The translations under genes and the position numbers were made by a program. Under the pieces are notes generated by a model. That model saw only the letters and a list, made by a program, of their open reading frames with translations, did not search any database and was not told the DNA's origin. From contig OZ024740.1 of assembly GCA_964016885.1 (NCBI GenBank), positions 155,124,001-155,188,000 of the forward strand: a stretch of DNA of 64,000 bases, given 5' to 3'. Source of the DNA: Eledone cirrhosa. Taxonomy: Eukaryota. Every line of letters starts with the position of its first letter. Position 1 is the stretch's first letter. Below are positions 49,215 to 62,669 of this stretch, in pieces.

Positions 49215-52200
49215 GGGTGGTATTTTGACAGAATTGTAAGGGATGTCATCAGATGAAGTGCTTTGTGGTATTTATTCTAGCTCATAATGTTGTGTTCAAA
49301 ACTCATCAATGTTAACTTAGCCTTTCATCCTTCCAGGACCAGTAAAATAAAACACCAGTCAAAACAGGAATCATTTGAACTGGTTTTCCTTTTCCAACCC
49401 CCCAAATTGCTGACCTTGTACCTATGTTCTCACTATGCTTGAACATGATTGGGGAACATAGGCAGAATCACTAGAGTGCTAGACAAAATGCCTCAACATT
49501 TATTTACATTTTCTGTTCAGTCCTGCTTAGGTTAACATTGCCTTTCATCGTTCATGAGTTGATTAACCCTTTAGCATTTACATTACTCTATATTTACTAT
49601 TATATTTTCATGGTAAAGGCTTTACCTCGCATATTATCTCACATAGTATTGAATCTATCAGATTTTGATATTATTCATTTTGAGAAGAATACCTTAATAT
49701 TAGTATGAGTGACTGGTTACAACCAGTTTCAACAGAAAGAGGTGAGAGAATTCTGGCTGGATACGGCTGGTTTTTAAGGCTAACAGGTTAAATAATTAGA
49801 ATCAGCCAAGTGCTGGGGATTGATTTAATCTTCTGTTCCACTCCAAAGAATTTGTGACTTTGTGATTAATCTGGAAATCATAATTATTATTTTTACTCTT
49901 GTTGTTATTATTTTTGTTGGGTATCTGTACATTCACATGCATCCCACTCAGTCTCAACTAGAGGCCTTCAGTGGTTGATGGTTTGTTATTGATGGTTATT
50001 GTTGTTGTTATTATTATCAAGGGTGGATTGGCAGTATCAGTAGAGGGTCGGACGCCATGCTTTGCAGCGTAGAGTTACGACCCTTTATGATCTGAGTTTG
50101 AATCCCGCCGAGGTTAACTTTGCCTTTCATCCTCACGGGGTCAATAAAATAAAGTACCTGTCACACACTGGGGGCGATTTTAATCGACTTTCCCTCCCCC
50201 AAAATTGCTGGCCTTGTGCCTATATAAGAAATCATTACTATCAAGGGTGGTTGATTGGCAGTATCGGTAGCGCATCAGACATGCTTTGCAGCATATAGTT
50301 ACATCTCTTTACTTTCTAAGTTCAAATCCCGCCGAGGTTAGCTTAGCCTTTCATAAAATAAAGTATCAGTAATGCACTGGGGTCGATTTAATCGACTTTC
50401 CCCTCCCCCAAAAATTGTTGGCCTTGTGCCTAAATCAGAAATTATTGTTATTATTATTAAGAAAGCATTATTAAGGATGGTAGATTTGGAAAATCATTTG
50501 AGCATCAGACTTTGTGGCATTTGTTGTGACTTGGTATGCTCTGAATTCAAATCCTGTCATGGTCAACTTTACCTTTTGTTCTTCTGAGTCGATAAATAAA
50601 GTACCAGTCAAATAGTTGATTAAATCAACTTTGCCCTTCTCCAAAACTTTTCTGGCCTTGTACCTAAATTAGAAATCGATATTAAGGTCATGTCTTACTA
50701 GGTCTTTTGATTACCAACTGTAAGGAGTACTCGATACTTCTCCGAGTCTGCCATGGCTTACTAGCTCTATACGGACGTTTAAATTGAATAAATAAATAAA
50801 TAAATAAATACAGTCAGTGAATTAACAGAATCATTAAGGCATAAGACAAAATGTTTTCTGCTGCTTATTTATGTCCCCTTTACCTTCTGTGTTCAACTCT
50901 GCTGAAGTCAACTTTGCCTTTCATCCTTCCTAAGAACCAGTTAAGAACTGGGATCAATTAATTTTCTCTATATCCTTCCATATAAATCATTCTGCTGAAA
51001 ATGATTGCACCATGAACGTTTTCTACAGTGTTGTTATCATTATTAAGTGGTCACAGAAATGTACCGTTCAAAATTTGATTTATGTCCCTTTACTTTTTGA
51101 GTTTAATCCCTCTGTGACCAAATTTGCTTTTTTGTCTTTTTATCTTTTATTTTATTTATTTATTTATTTATTTTTTGTGGTTGGTAGAATAAAGTATTCA
51201 TGAAAACCTGGGATATTAAAATAATTGAATACACACTCCCCAGAAAAAGAAATATTATTTTAAGTAATGTATGATATAGAATGTAGAAACAATTATTGTG
51301 GATTAGCAGAATCATTACAGCATTGGACAAAATGCTTTGCAGTATTTAGTTATGATTTTTTATGTTCTGAGTTCAAATCCTGCCATGGTCAACTTTGCCT
51401 TTTGTCCTTTTGAGGTCAATAAAATAAAGTTCTAATTAAATACTGAAGTCGACAACTTTTTCTTTTCCCCAAATTGCTTAACTTGTGCCAATGTTAAAAA
51501 GAATTATTATGAGAGAGAGAGAATGGTGAATTAACAGAATCATTACAGAAGCTGTTTTCCAGCTCTTTATGGTCTAAGTTTAAAACTTGTCCTAAGCTCA
51601 ACTTTGTCTTTCATCTTTCAAGGGTCAACAAAGTAAAGTACCAAGGTCAATCTAATCAACTAATTGCTCCTCCAAAATTTCTGGCCTTGTGTCTTTGTTA
51701 GAAATTATTACTATTATTATTATTGGATTGGCAGTACCGGTAGAGCGTGGGACACCATGCTTCGCAGCATAGAGTTACAGCCATTTACGTTCTGAGTTCA
51801 AATCCTGCCAAGGTTAGCTTTGCCATTCGGGATCGATAAAATAAAGCACCAGTAATGTACTGGTTCGATTTAATTCCCCTACCCCTAAATTACTGGTCTT
51901 GTGCCTATACTAGAAATCATTATTATTATGAAATAAGGCTGTGGAGTGGCAGAATTGATAGAATAGTAGACCAAATGCCTTTACAGAATGTATGTTCTGA
52001 GTTAAATCCTGATGTTGGTAAAATAACACTTATCAATTATTGGGGTTAATTTAATCAATTCTTCACTCTCACTGAAGCATTTTTTTTTTTGTTTTGTTTT
52101 TTTTGGTTAATGTTAGAAATTATAATTATCAAAATAGAGAGATGCAGCTCAAAGAATAAAACATTTTAGAGTATTAAGTCTTCTTTTTTACATTCTGATT

Positions 52201-52330
52201 TGAAATCCCATAAGAGGTAGCTTTACATTTTCATCTCATCAGGGTTTGTTAAATAAATACCAGTCATATAGTCCATATATTAGAATCAGTTTATTTGGTT
52301 TGTACCCATTCCCTGATAAACAATTTGGAT
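49215..52330 (+). mobile_element. dense cluster of co-oriented family A SINEs (about 10 copies of mixed age)
   Basis: Recurrent B-box GAGTTCAAATCC, TTTGCCTTTCATCC and AATAAAGTACCAG modules. Confidence 0.8.
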
Positions 52331-53584
52331 ATTGCTCCAATGTATGAAAATCGTTATTGGCACAGGTTTACCCCATCCCTAACACTTTATAACTGCTTAT
52401 GAAATATCACCTCCAGCCACCCAGACAAAGGAAAGATACAAAAGCTATCACTGCTGTTCTATTACATTATTTGAAAATGTTTACTTTTTTACACCCAGCA
52501 CCCCTCCCTCTTCTGTTGTTTAAAATTTAATTAGTTTGCACCCTTACCTAGTGCTGCATGAGGTTAGTGTGGCACTTGTAGCATATTCTATAAAGTGGGG
52601 AGCTAAATTTTGCTACTAGGTTAATCTGACACTGCTCTTACCCTCTGTCAACTAGAGGACCAAGGATGTGTTAAGCTCTCACAGGTTTCTGTTGTAATTC
52701 CTTATATGAAAACCAAAAGTAAGACTTTGCTGTTATTTAAAACATTTTTTTCAATAAACTCAACTCGTTTTTTTTTCAACAATTTTATTTCATTTTATTA
52801 TTTTTATCTATTAACTTGCAAATGTTTTAGGGCTCTAGATGAAACCTCCTGCAGTATTCATTCCATTTCTTTGATATTCTGACTTCAGTTTTCCTTCCCA
52901 CTCTTCTTAGAGTAATAAATAAAGTACCAGTCCAGAGCAGCACATGCATGCATGCCCTCGTGCACTGCAAGTCAGTGCGTTGAGCCGGTACTTATCCCGG
53001 TTTCATGGCATGAAGCTACTGAGAGTACAAGACTCCCCACTGGACAGGACACCAGACCATCACGGGGTTAAACCCCCAGCTATTGCTGGTACTCATTTTC
53101 AGCTGAGTATACTGGAGCAATGTGAAATGAAGTGTTTTGCTCAAGAACACAACACACAAACCAGCCCAGGAATCGAACCCATGACATTATGTTCGTAAGT
53201 CCAACACTCTTACCACTAGACTACATGCCTTCACAGAGCAGTAGACTAGAGGAATCATCGGAGTATTGGATGAGATGCTTGTGGTATTTATTCCAGCTGT
53301 TTGCATTCTAAATTCAAATCCCACTACGGTCCACTTGAGTGGTAGACTTAATCCATGGCTTGGTTTAATGACACTACCTAGCCCTTGATTGCTTTTAGCA
53401 AAGTTAGCTTTGTTATAAGCATAACTTCCTCCCACAACTTCCAGATGCCATTGAAAAGGTTATGGGCACTGTTCTTCTACTTGGCTAATTAATAAAAAAA
53501 ATTTAAAAATCATACCTTCTGTGTATCATTTTATGTATGAACACTATTTGTAGGAACCACCACCAGTTATTATTTTTAATATCA

Positions 53585-54595
53585 GTAAGGTGACAGTATC
53601 AATAGAAAGTTGGACAACATGCTTTGCAGCATATAGTTACAGCCCTATACATTCAGAATTCAAAATATGCCAAGGTTAGCTTTGTCTTTACAGGGTCAAT
53701 AAAATAAAGTACCAGTAATACACTTGGGTCGATTTTATTGATTCCCCCTTTCTTCAAATTGCTGGCTTTGTGCCAAAAGTAGGCATTATTATTAATAGTA
53801 ATAATATAAAGGTGATGGATAAGTAGAGTCATTAGAATGTCAAACAAATGCTTTGTAATATTTGTTACACCTCTTTACATTCTGAGTTCAATCCCACATA
53901 GGTCAACTTTGCCTTTCATCCATCCAGGGTCAACAAAATAAAGTACCATTCAAGTTCAGGGTCAATATAATTGATTTTCCCTTCCCTTAGCTCACTCAAA
54001 AAATTGCTAGCCTTTTGCCAATATTAGAAACCATTAGAGAGAATCTGTAGAGTGTCAAACAAAATGCCTTGAAGTGTTTACTTGATGTTCTGAGTTCAAA
54101 TCGTGTCAAGGTCAATTTTGTTTTTCATCCTTCCAGAATCAATAGAATAAAATACCAATCAAGTGCAGTTGTTGCTTTAAATGTTTAATCCTTTCTTTCC
54201 TAAATTTGTGCTCTTGTGTCTACTGATTGGGTAAAAATAAAGGGTATTTGTTTCCTATTATTAATGCTAAAATGCCGCTGAGGTTAACTTTGCCTTTCAT
54301 CCTTACAGGGTCGATAAAATAAAGTACCAGTAATACACTGGGGTAATTGTTGGCCTTGGGCAAAAGTAGAAACAATTATTAATGCTAAAATAAAGGCAGT
54401 GGATTGGCAGAATCAGTAGAGCATTGGACAACATATTTCACAGAATAGAGTTACGTCCCTTTATGTTCTGAATTCAAATCCCGTCGAGGTTAGCTTTGCC
54501 TTTCATCCTTACTGGGTCTATAGAATAAAGTACCAGTAACGCACTGAGGTCCCCAAAAATTGCTGGCCTTAACTAAATCAGAAACCATTATTAAT
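53585..54595 (+). mobile_element. head-to-tail array of family A SINEs (about 5 copies)
   Basis: Same modules as above. The copy at about 54260-54390 is flanked by the direct repeat ATTATTAATGCTAAAAT, which recurs at about 54587. Confidence 0.8.
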
Positions 54596-55026
54596 GCTAA
54601 AATACAAAGAATACATTGCAAACAGGAGGTATCAAATACTTCACCAATTATTTACTGTATTGCTGGAATATAACACATCACTATTTTAACCAAATGTTAT
54701 ATCAAACAAAAGTAAAAATGTTGTTTTATTTCGTTATGTATTGTTTTGTTTTATTTTTCTGGATTCAACAACTCTTGCAATATGGAGTGCCTTTTAATAT
54801 ATTTTAACCTACCTGTCAACAAAATTGAAGGATATTAGAGTATCAAATGAAATAAACATCAAAGGAATAACTTCATAATTATACATAAATCATATATATA
54901 TAATTTTATATAGCTCTGATTAATTATTTATTTAATTTGTTCATTCATCAAGCAAAATTGGTAAAGGAAGGACACCACATATACATGTATTTATACTATG
55001 TATCTATATGTATATATATTTTTTAG

Positions 55027-55060
<34 letters not shown>

Positions 55061-55758
55061 TATATAAAGTGGCAGGCATTCAGGTATGTAAGCGAGATGT
55101 GCCCTCTCTCCTCCCTCTTCGGCCCATCTAGGTGGACAGTAGCTCCAATTATGTACTGACTTGATTTGGGATGATTCATCCAACCCATGCCAGCATGGAA
55201 AAATGGATGTTTGATGATAATGATATATACACACACACACATATATATATATATACATATATACACACACATACATATATATTCATAGATACAAAGCTGG
55301 ACTCAGTTTAGTAGTCCTGCTATGTTGCCATGAACTCAAGACAACATCTGCCATGTCATATTGCAAACATTTGAGTTAGGGTTTCATTCTAAAGGTAAAT
55401 TCCTCCCACCAGTCTTGGATACCCTGTACTAATTCAAGAGTGCTACCATTTTTCATCTGACTAAGCAATAAAAATAATAAATTAAAAACAAAAGTTCCAT
55501 TCCACAGTAAGATTAGATATATTTTAGCCCTTTCCTTACAGTATCTCTAATGAGCTATTTTATATTTTAACTAGCTAATGAAAAATTTGGGAACGATATA
55601 CTAAAATTACAATTTCATTGATAGTATTTGTAATATAAGAAAATGTTCTTATTGAACAGAACCTTTTAAAATGGGTCATTTTGTTTTGTAAAAAAAGAAG
55701 CAGTTTTGGGTGGGTTGGTATCAGAAGGACAATATATATATACATATATATATATATC

Positions 55759-56128
55759 AGGAAAAGAAATTGAAAATGCAACTGGAGTCTTTTAAGAATA
55801 TTTATTTATTTACTGGTTTCATAGTTATGATTTTCAAAAGTAAAATTGAGATGGAGGGTTTGTGTTTCTGTTGTGGTTTCTCTCGCATCTCAGATGCGAG
55901 ACAAACCACAACAGAAACATAGATGCGAGACAAACCACAACAGAAACAAACTCTCCATCTTAATTTTACTTTTGAAAAGCATAAGAACTATGAAACCAGT
56001 AAATAAGTAAATATTCTTAAAAGACTCCAGTTGCATTTTCAATTTCTTTTCCTTATACTTTCACCTGTGTAGGACATCTGGTTTATTTCTTTAGTTTTTT
56101 TTTTTATAAAAAAAAACTCTCAATTTCT
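55759..56128 (+). mobile_element. Penelope-like terminal fragment: about 130-bp-arm hairpin plus tail, in (TA)n
   Basis: Arms 55759-55890 and 55892-56053, a 29-bp tandem duplication at the apex, and a tail of about 75 nt before the TA tract. Only a weak motif remnant survives (TTGAAAA-GCATA...TATG-AAAC-CA-GTA). Confidence 0.6.
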
Positions 56129-56972
56129 TATATATATATATCATCATCATCATGAATCAGCAATGGAGCCTCTATGTGATTAGCTGACCTGCTAGTAATA
56201 ATAATGGAATTTCCTTCAAATCGTATTCTGCTATCTGAAAAGAAAATGTATAGAGCACATTAAATGATGTGGTCCTGGATACACTATTTCCGAGTTACAT
56301 TAGATAATCTTGACTTACAAACATTGTCTGTAAAAAGACTAGATGGTCATGGCTGGAATAAGATCATGGATCTGCTCAAAATCAGATGACCTGGATCTAA
56401 ACAACCATATGTATAAACCTCTTTGGTATACTGTCCCTTACATTTTCAATCTTGATTTATTGGTTATATATATGGGATATATCGATGCACATGTTTGTGT
56501 GTGTGTTTTTGTAAAATATTTTGTTATAAGGAATCAGAGAAAAAAATTGGATCCACATTTTAAAAAAATGTTTATCCACCCCCACCCCCACCCTCTCTGG
56601 TATGGAATTAATCAGTTTGTCAACAAACACGCAACTAAATAGCTTTTAATATTGTTCTTTTTCTAAAATTTTCCATGGTTTCGATATCAACAACACAAAA
56701 CGATGGATACTTCCATTTTTGTAAATATTCAAGAATAAAAGTTAACATTTGTTTATAATTCCTACTTGTTCTTTCAATTACAATTATCATGTACTCATAG
56801 AGATGTTACATTTTGTTTCCTATGAAATAGTGGAGTGCAGAATCCACATATGACTTAAGAGACTTTGGTCTGTTTTAAATTTGCAGCAATCACTAACACA
56901 TGCACACTGAGGAAAATGATTTAGTATGTAAGACTGGTTGGTCATGCTGCTACTTAGTCTATTGTAAACAAA

Positions 56973-57315
56973 TACAGTGGAACCTCAGTTCATGAACACC
57001 TCACATCACAAACAAATCAGTTAATGAACAATTTTTCCGAACATAAAATGTCTTCGTTCACAAACAGTTTCTCAAGTAACGAACATGCAAGCTGGCAACA
57101 ATAGTTGGTGAAAAGCTGGGAGTATCAGCAGGAAAGCGTCACCTGCTATGTAGTTAGTTACTATGGTGTACCTGTCTGTCTTTCACACACAGTTCCTTTC
57201 TCACTGTATTTCTCTCAACATTTCATATGGGAAAAATAGTTTCAGTATACAAACATTTCGGATTATGAATGGCCTTCAGGAACGAATTAAGTTTGGGAAC
57301 CAAGATTCCACTGTA
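56973..57315. mobile_element. pogo/Tigger-like MITE
   Basis: TA-CAGTGGAACCTCAGTTC ... GAACCAAGATTCCACTG-TA. Confidence 0.75.
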
Positions 57316-59726
57316 TATATTGATAACAGCTCATAAAAATGACTTCCATATGTGTAAAATATATATACATCTATCAGCTGTCTGTATCAGTCTATTTCAG
57401 GCAAAAAAACACATTACAATGATATCTACAGATTTAAGACTTTGCAAGAATTTGTTGGCAATCTATATTATAAAAGAATGATTATGATAATTCTAGCTAA
57501 ATATTTTCTATTTTATTTAAACATGACTACAATTCAAGTTGCTGATAGTATTTACAAAAAGCAATATGTGATTTATGTACTGTTAAATACCGAAGCCCAA
57601 ATATAAAAACAAAAAGGGTGCGACATATATACGAATATATACAGCATAATATATAAAGGGTAGACACAGTATGGTTAAGAGGTTTGTTTCACAATCATTA
57701 AGTCCCAGATTTGATCCCACTGTGAGACATCTTGGGCAAATGTTGTTTAACATAGTCTATGATCGACATGTGCCATGTGAGTGAAACTGGATAGATAGAA
57801 ACTGTTTGGAAGCCTATCAAAAGTCCAACTTTGTCACACACTGTCATGTTGAATCTCCCTGAGAATTACATTAAGGGTGTGGAATGCTCAATTACATGTG
57901 TGTGGAATGCTCAGCCACTTATATGTTAATTTCTTGAGCAGGTTGTTACATTGATCAAACAACTGGTACACTCAACATCAAAACTGATAGAGGTCCAAGT
58001 AAATAACAGCATATCATGTTATTGGGGTGTCAGAGAACTATTAAAGAGATTTACAGTTCATATTCTGTAAGAATAGGAACTGTAAACAAACCTTTTCCCA
58101 CTCTTGTAGGCAGGGAAAAGTGGACATAAAATGATGATGAATCTGTCACTGGAGTTGTGTGTTGACTTTGGCTTGCTGTTGTAGTTTAGCACCATGTCAG
58201 CTGTGTGAGAGACCTATGATCAAAGGCATTTAACCTTTTCACTCTATATTTACTATTGTATTTTCACAGAAAAGGCTTAATCTCACATAATATAGAATCT
58301 ATGAAATTTTGTTATTATTTATTCTGAGAACAATATCTTAATGTCGGTATGAGCAGCCAGTTATGACTGGTTTGAACAGAAATAGGTGAGGGAATTCTGG
58401 CTGGATATGACCGGTTTAAATGCTAAAGGGTTAAGCCATGACCATTCCATCATTTTATTTTCAGTTATATTATGTCTTGGACTACATTATTTAAAGTGTC
58501 ATTTTTCCTTTTTTAATGTAAAAGGAAGTGATTTGTGAAAGATTTGATTGCTATTTCTAGTTGGTTTCAATATGTTTGGGTTTATGGTGAATGTAGGTAG
58601 ATTGAGTCAGCAAGTGTTAATCAACTAAATTATAAAATAAATACCTGGTATTAGGAAGGGCATCCAGCTGTAGAAATCAAGCCAGAATCAGTTCCCATAT
58701 GAGCAAGACAAGGTCAGCCGACCGGACACTGCCCACAGCAGGACAACCCGTCTAACCCATGCTAGCGTGGAAGAACGGACGTAAACGGTGATGATGAGAT
58801 ACCAAGGAACAGTTACAAAAGTATAGTTTCCTGCTGTAAGTAATTGGAGCTCTGTGTAATTGATGCCAACAGTTTCAACAAGAGAAAGAGAAAAAAGGTA
58901 AGACAAAGACATTAATTGAAATGGCTTGACCTGAAGTTGAAACTGCATCAATGCCACACCATTCCAGGAGCTTACCACAACATAGCACAACAGGAATAAG
59001 ATATAAGTACACTGAAATTATGGTCTTACAATCTTTCTCTCAAGGTTTTAATCCTAAAATTACAGCTGCACTAAGTATGTTTTTTAACACAGAATTAATC
59101 CTTGTTTTATTATGTAATTATGTCCTACGCTTATTATCAAACTTACAACAACCAGCTGAGAAAAAATAACAACAACAAATAAATATATGAGCCAACAAAG
59201 GGATCTCTGCAGTTTGCTCAATCTACTAGAAAATGTAGCTAAATCTCCTTCAAGGAATCTCTAATGTCTTAACTCTGTGAACCCTGGCCTCTACCATGCA
59301 TTAGGGCCCCTAACCTGGTCGTCCATCCAAAAAACACAGAGAAAAATATTTGTTAATTAAAACTGAAAAATTATAAATATATGATCCTCCTACCTGATCT
59401 CTCACAAAAGGACAGCCCGTCCTATCCATGGACGCTTAACGATAACGATGATGATGATGATTATGATATGGACTCTACAAAAATCATGGCAGAAGAACCT
59501 AGGCTAAAGCAATGATGTAAAACAATTGCTGATTTTTGTAAAAAGCAGTGTAAATAACAGAAGTGTATAATAGAATGGTAACGTGGGTTAGTGACATATA
59601 GTCAAACATCATCAACTATGGGAATGCCACAACAGAGGGTTCAAGGTGATAAAAAAGGAAGAACAGAATTTTAAAGGAAGATTATGTTGGAGTAAGTTCT
59701 TGTTACTCATAGTTTTAGAGGATCCG

Positions 59727-59939
59727 TTAACCCTTTAGCATTTAAACTAGCTGTATCCGGCCAGAATTTTCTCACCCCTTTCTGTTCAAACCGACAGTAA
59801 CTTGCTACTTATACTGATAAGGTGTTGTTCTCAAAATAAATAATATCAAAATCTCATATATTTGATATTATGTGAGATAAAGCTGTTACCAGAAAAATAC
59901 AATAGTGTATATAGAGTAATGTAAATGCTTAAGGGTTAA
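59727..59939. mobile_element. piggyBac-type MITE
   Basis: TTAA-CCCTTTAGCATTT ... AAATGCTTAAGGG-TTAA. Confidence 0.85.
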
Positions 59940-60965
59940 ATAGCCTACATTCCTCAGCAAGGCCCAAGATAAGTGAGATTGTAAAGGCTTCATTAAATGC
60001 CTTGAGGGTCCATTAAGTTTCATACATCCCCTACAGTGTCCTTACAGGGCCAGTTAACTGTCCAAGACACCCTGCTGGAGTTTCTTACGTGTCATACACA
60101 ATGTGTGCTAATAGAAAGTCTTATAATTGGTCTGTCTCTTAGAGTTAACATAGAGATTCTCTCAAATAGTTGCATTCTTTAGTGTGACCATTGAATGTTA
60201 CCTGCCTTGTATGATCACACAGGGTTAGTTACTTGCCCTATCACCCTTGATGCGTCCTCAAATAGTCCGTTAATTAGCCTAAGTCACTTTGCATTCCCCA
60301 CTGAAGCTGTGGGTTTATTAAATGCTCAACATGCACCATCATGGCCATAAAGAATGTTCTACATTAACTAGTGTAGCTTTAAAGAGTTCATTAAGTGCAC
60401 TGCCTTCTTCAACATGGTTAATTGCCCTATGTTCCCTACCATGGCTTTAGAGGGCCTGCTAAGTTGCCTACATTCCTTAATATAGCTTTTAAATGTCAGT
60501 TATGTGGTTTATGTCCTATGATATGGCTGTAGAGGGTACATTGAGGAGCATATGTCCACGGCTGAGGCTGTGATGATTCAATAAGTTAGCTATGCTACCA
60601 CGCATGGTTGTAGAGTGTTAATTAAGTTGGCTCTGCTTACCAGCATAGACATAAATGTTCTGTTGAAGGGCCTAGAGACTCCTTTAATGTCCTTATGTCT
60701 TCTAGTGTCATCAGAGATTATCAGTTAAATAGCCTATGTTCAACAACATGGCCTTAAAGATTGCATTTAGTGTCATATTAATTGGCATGGCCTTAGAAGG
60801 TTTACTAAGTTGACTACATCCTCTGATGTGGCCTTGAATGATTGGTTAGGTGGCCTATGCCCTTCTGCATGGCCTTTAATGTTTATTAAGTGTCATACAT
60901 AAACCAGCATAACTGTAGGGAGACTATTGAGTTTCATAATCCCTTAGTGTGATCTTAAAGAATCA
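59940..60965. repeat. highly diverged tandem repeat, about 39-bp period
   Basis: Recurring approximate unit CATGGC(C/T)TTAGAGGGTCCATTAAGTTGCCTA(C/T)(A/G)TTCCT. Confidence 0.6.
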
Positions 60966-61149
60966 GTTGTCACCTCAACCTCCTTGAAAGTGTGTACATA
61001 GTTTAATATATGCCGTACATAATATAAACTGGACTATGTCACTTGACCTGTTTCAGTTACTAGGATGTTTGAGTAATATCTATTGAACTACATAATTTTT
61101 GTCTTCTTTACAAGGGATTTGTTAAATTTCAATGGACTGTGAATCGTAT

Positions 61150-61850
61150 GTTGTCTTCATCATCATCTTGTTGTATTTGACATGCTTTTACTTCAGGCTC
61201 CTCTTTTCTTTTCTGTTAGTTTCTCTTCCTCTTCTTCTTTCTGGTACTTTTTATTTCTTTTCCAATCTACATTGTGTCCCCATTGTCAGAAAATGATGAA
61301 GTAGTGCTGTTATTTGTGGGAAAAGAGGTTTCTTAATCATTGGCCTCTGGAACCAAAGATGAAACAAACTCTTGGACCCCTCACAAAGTCAGGATTAATG
61401 CTACTTGATGTTATTGCTGTTGTCCACCTCTCTCTTCTTCCATTTCCTCCTCACTGTCATAATTGGTTATAGATGCAGACGGGGCTCCATTAGCTTCCTA
61501 GTCAGTTTCTGGGACCAAAGATAAAATAATCTCCTCTACCAATTCTGGAACTTCAGCCAGTGGTGCAGTTGCAATGACTGTCAATGTAGCCTGTGGTTGT
61601 TGCTGTTGCTCTTTTTGTTGTTTTTGTTTCAAATCCTCAGAGTTGTAAACCTTTAAGTGAATTTTACTGTTACAATTATAACAACTGTGCGTTTTACTTT
61701 GTACCACCAGTCTCCATGGTTTAGTTACTGCACTGCTGACCTTGATATTTTGAGTGATGATAAGGACTTGCAATGCAAGAGTATAGATTCACCCTGGCCA
61801 TCATGCTTACCCTCTGCCATACTACTAAAGAAAGGTACACACCAATGAGA
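61150..61850 (-). pseudogene. decayed ORF1/gag-like relic with a zinc-knuckle-like motif
   Basis: The minus frame has LVVQSKTHSCYNCNSKIHLKVYN (CX2CX4H, last Cys lost), followed by Q-rich, acidic and basic tracts broken by stops. Confidence 0.4.
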
Positions 61851-62669
61851 GCTTCCCTTAATTGCTCCCCAGAAGAGACATTAATATCTGTTTAATAGTG
61901 AGGATTAAATACATAAGCTTTCTTTTTTTTTCTATTCTAAATAAATTCTATGGCTAAGAAGACAGAGTTTGCTGACAGTTTTGCCATTGCTTATTCTATG
62001 CTGGATCCTTGTTCATATCTACAGACACCCTATAAGAAGTAATAAGAGCAAAACTGTTCTATTTAACAGCACATTTGTATGAGATATCACTACTGTTGTT
62101 TTTGTGGCAACAAATAAAAGTCACCTTTGGTACTGATAGAGTAATTTATTTTATTTTGAAATATTTGCAAGTCTGTACAAAATATTTGTGTTTATATTTT
62201 CTCTTTTATGTGGTGTCTAGAATGATATTTTAATTTTGTTTTGGTGTTAAAAGATAACTGAAGTCCAACCACATTGAAATAATACAGTCTTTATAAAATT
62301 ACTTTTCACCTCAAAAGAACAAAATAAATGCAAACAATTTATATGTACCTTCGATATGCAATGGTACACACATAAAGATGAAACTTTTCCATACTTTTAA
62401 CCAGTAAATAATCCAAATTTGAGAAAGCCGAAATAAACAAAAGCTAATAACAATAACAACAACAACAATAGTAATAGTTTTCTTTATTAGCCAGTGAAGG
62501 CAATCTCATATGCTATTATGTACAAAACAAGAAATGGTGAAAGGGACCAAAAAGAAGTGTGAGGTGTATTAAACAAATTAAACAAAAAAACAAAAAATGA
62601 AAAGAAGGGGCAAAAGATGTACAATAAAAGTAAGGATGTTAAATGATTTATAGATACAACATACAAACA

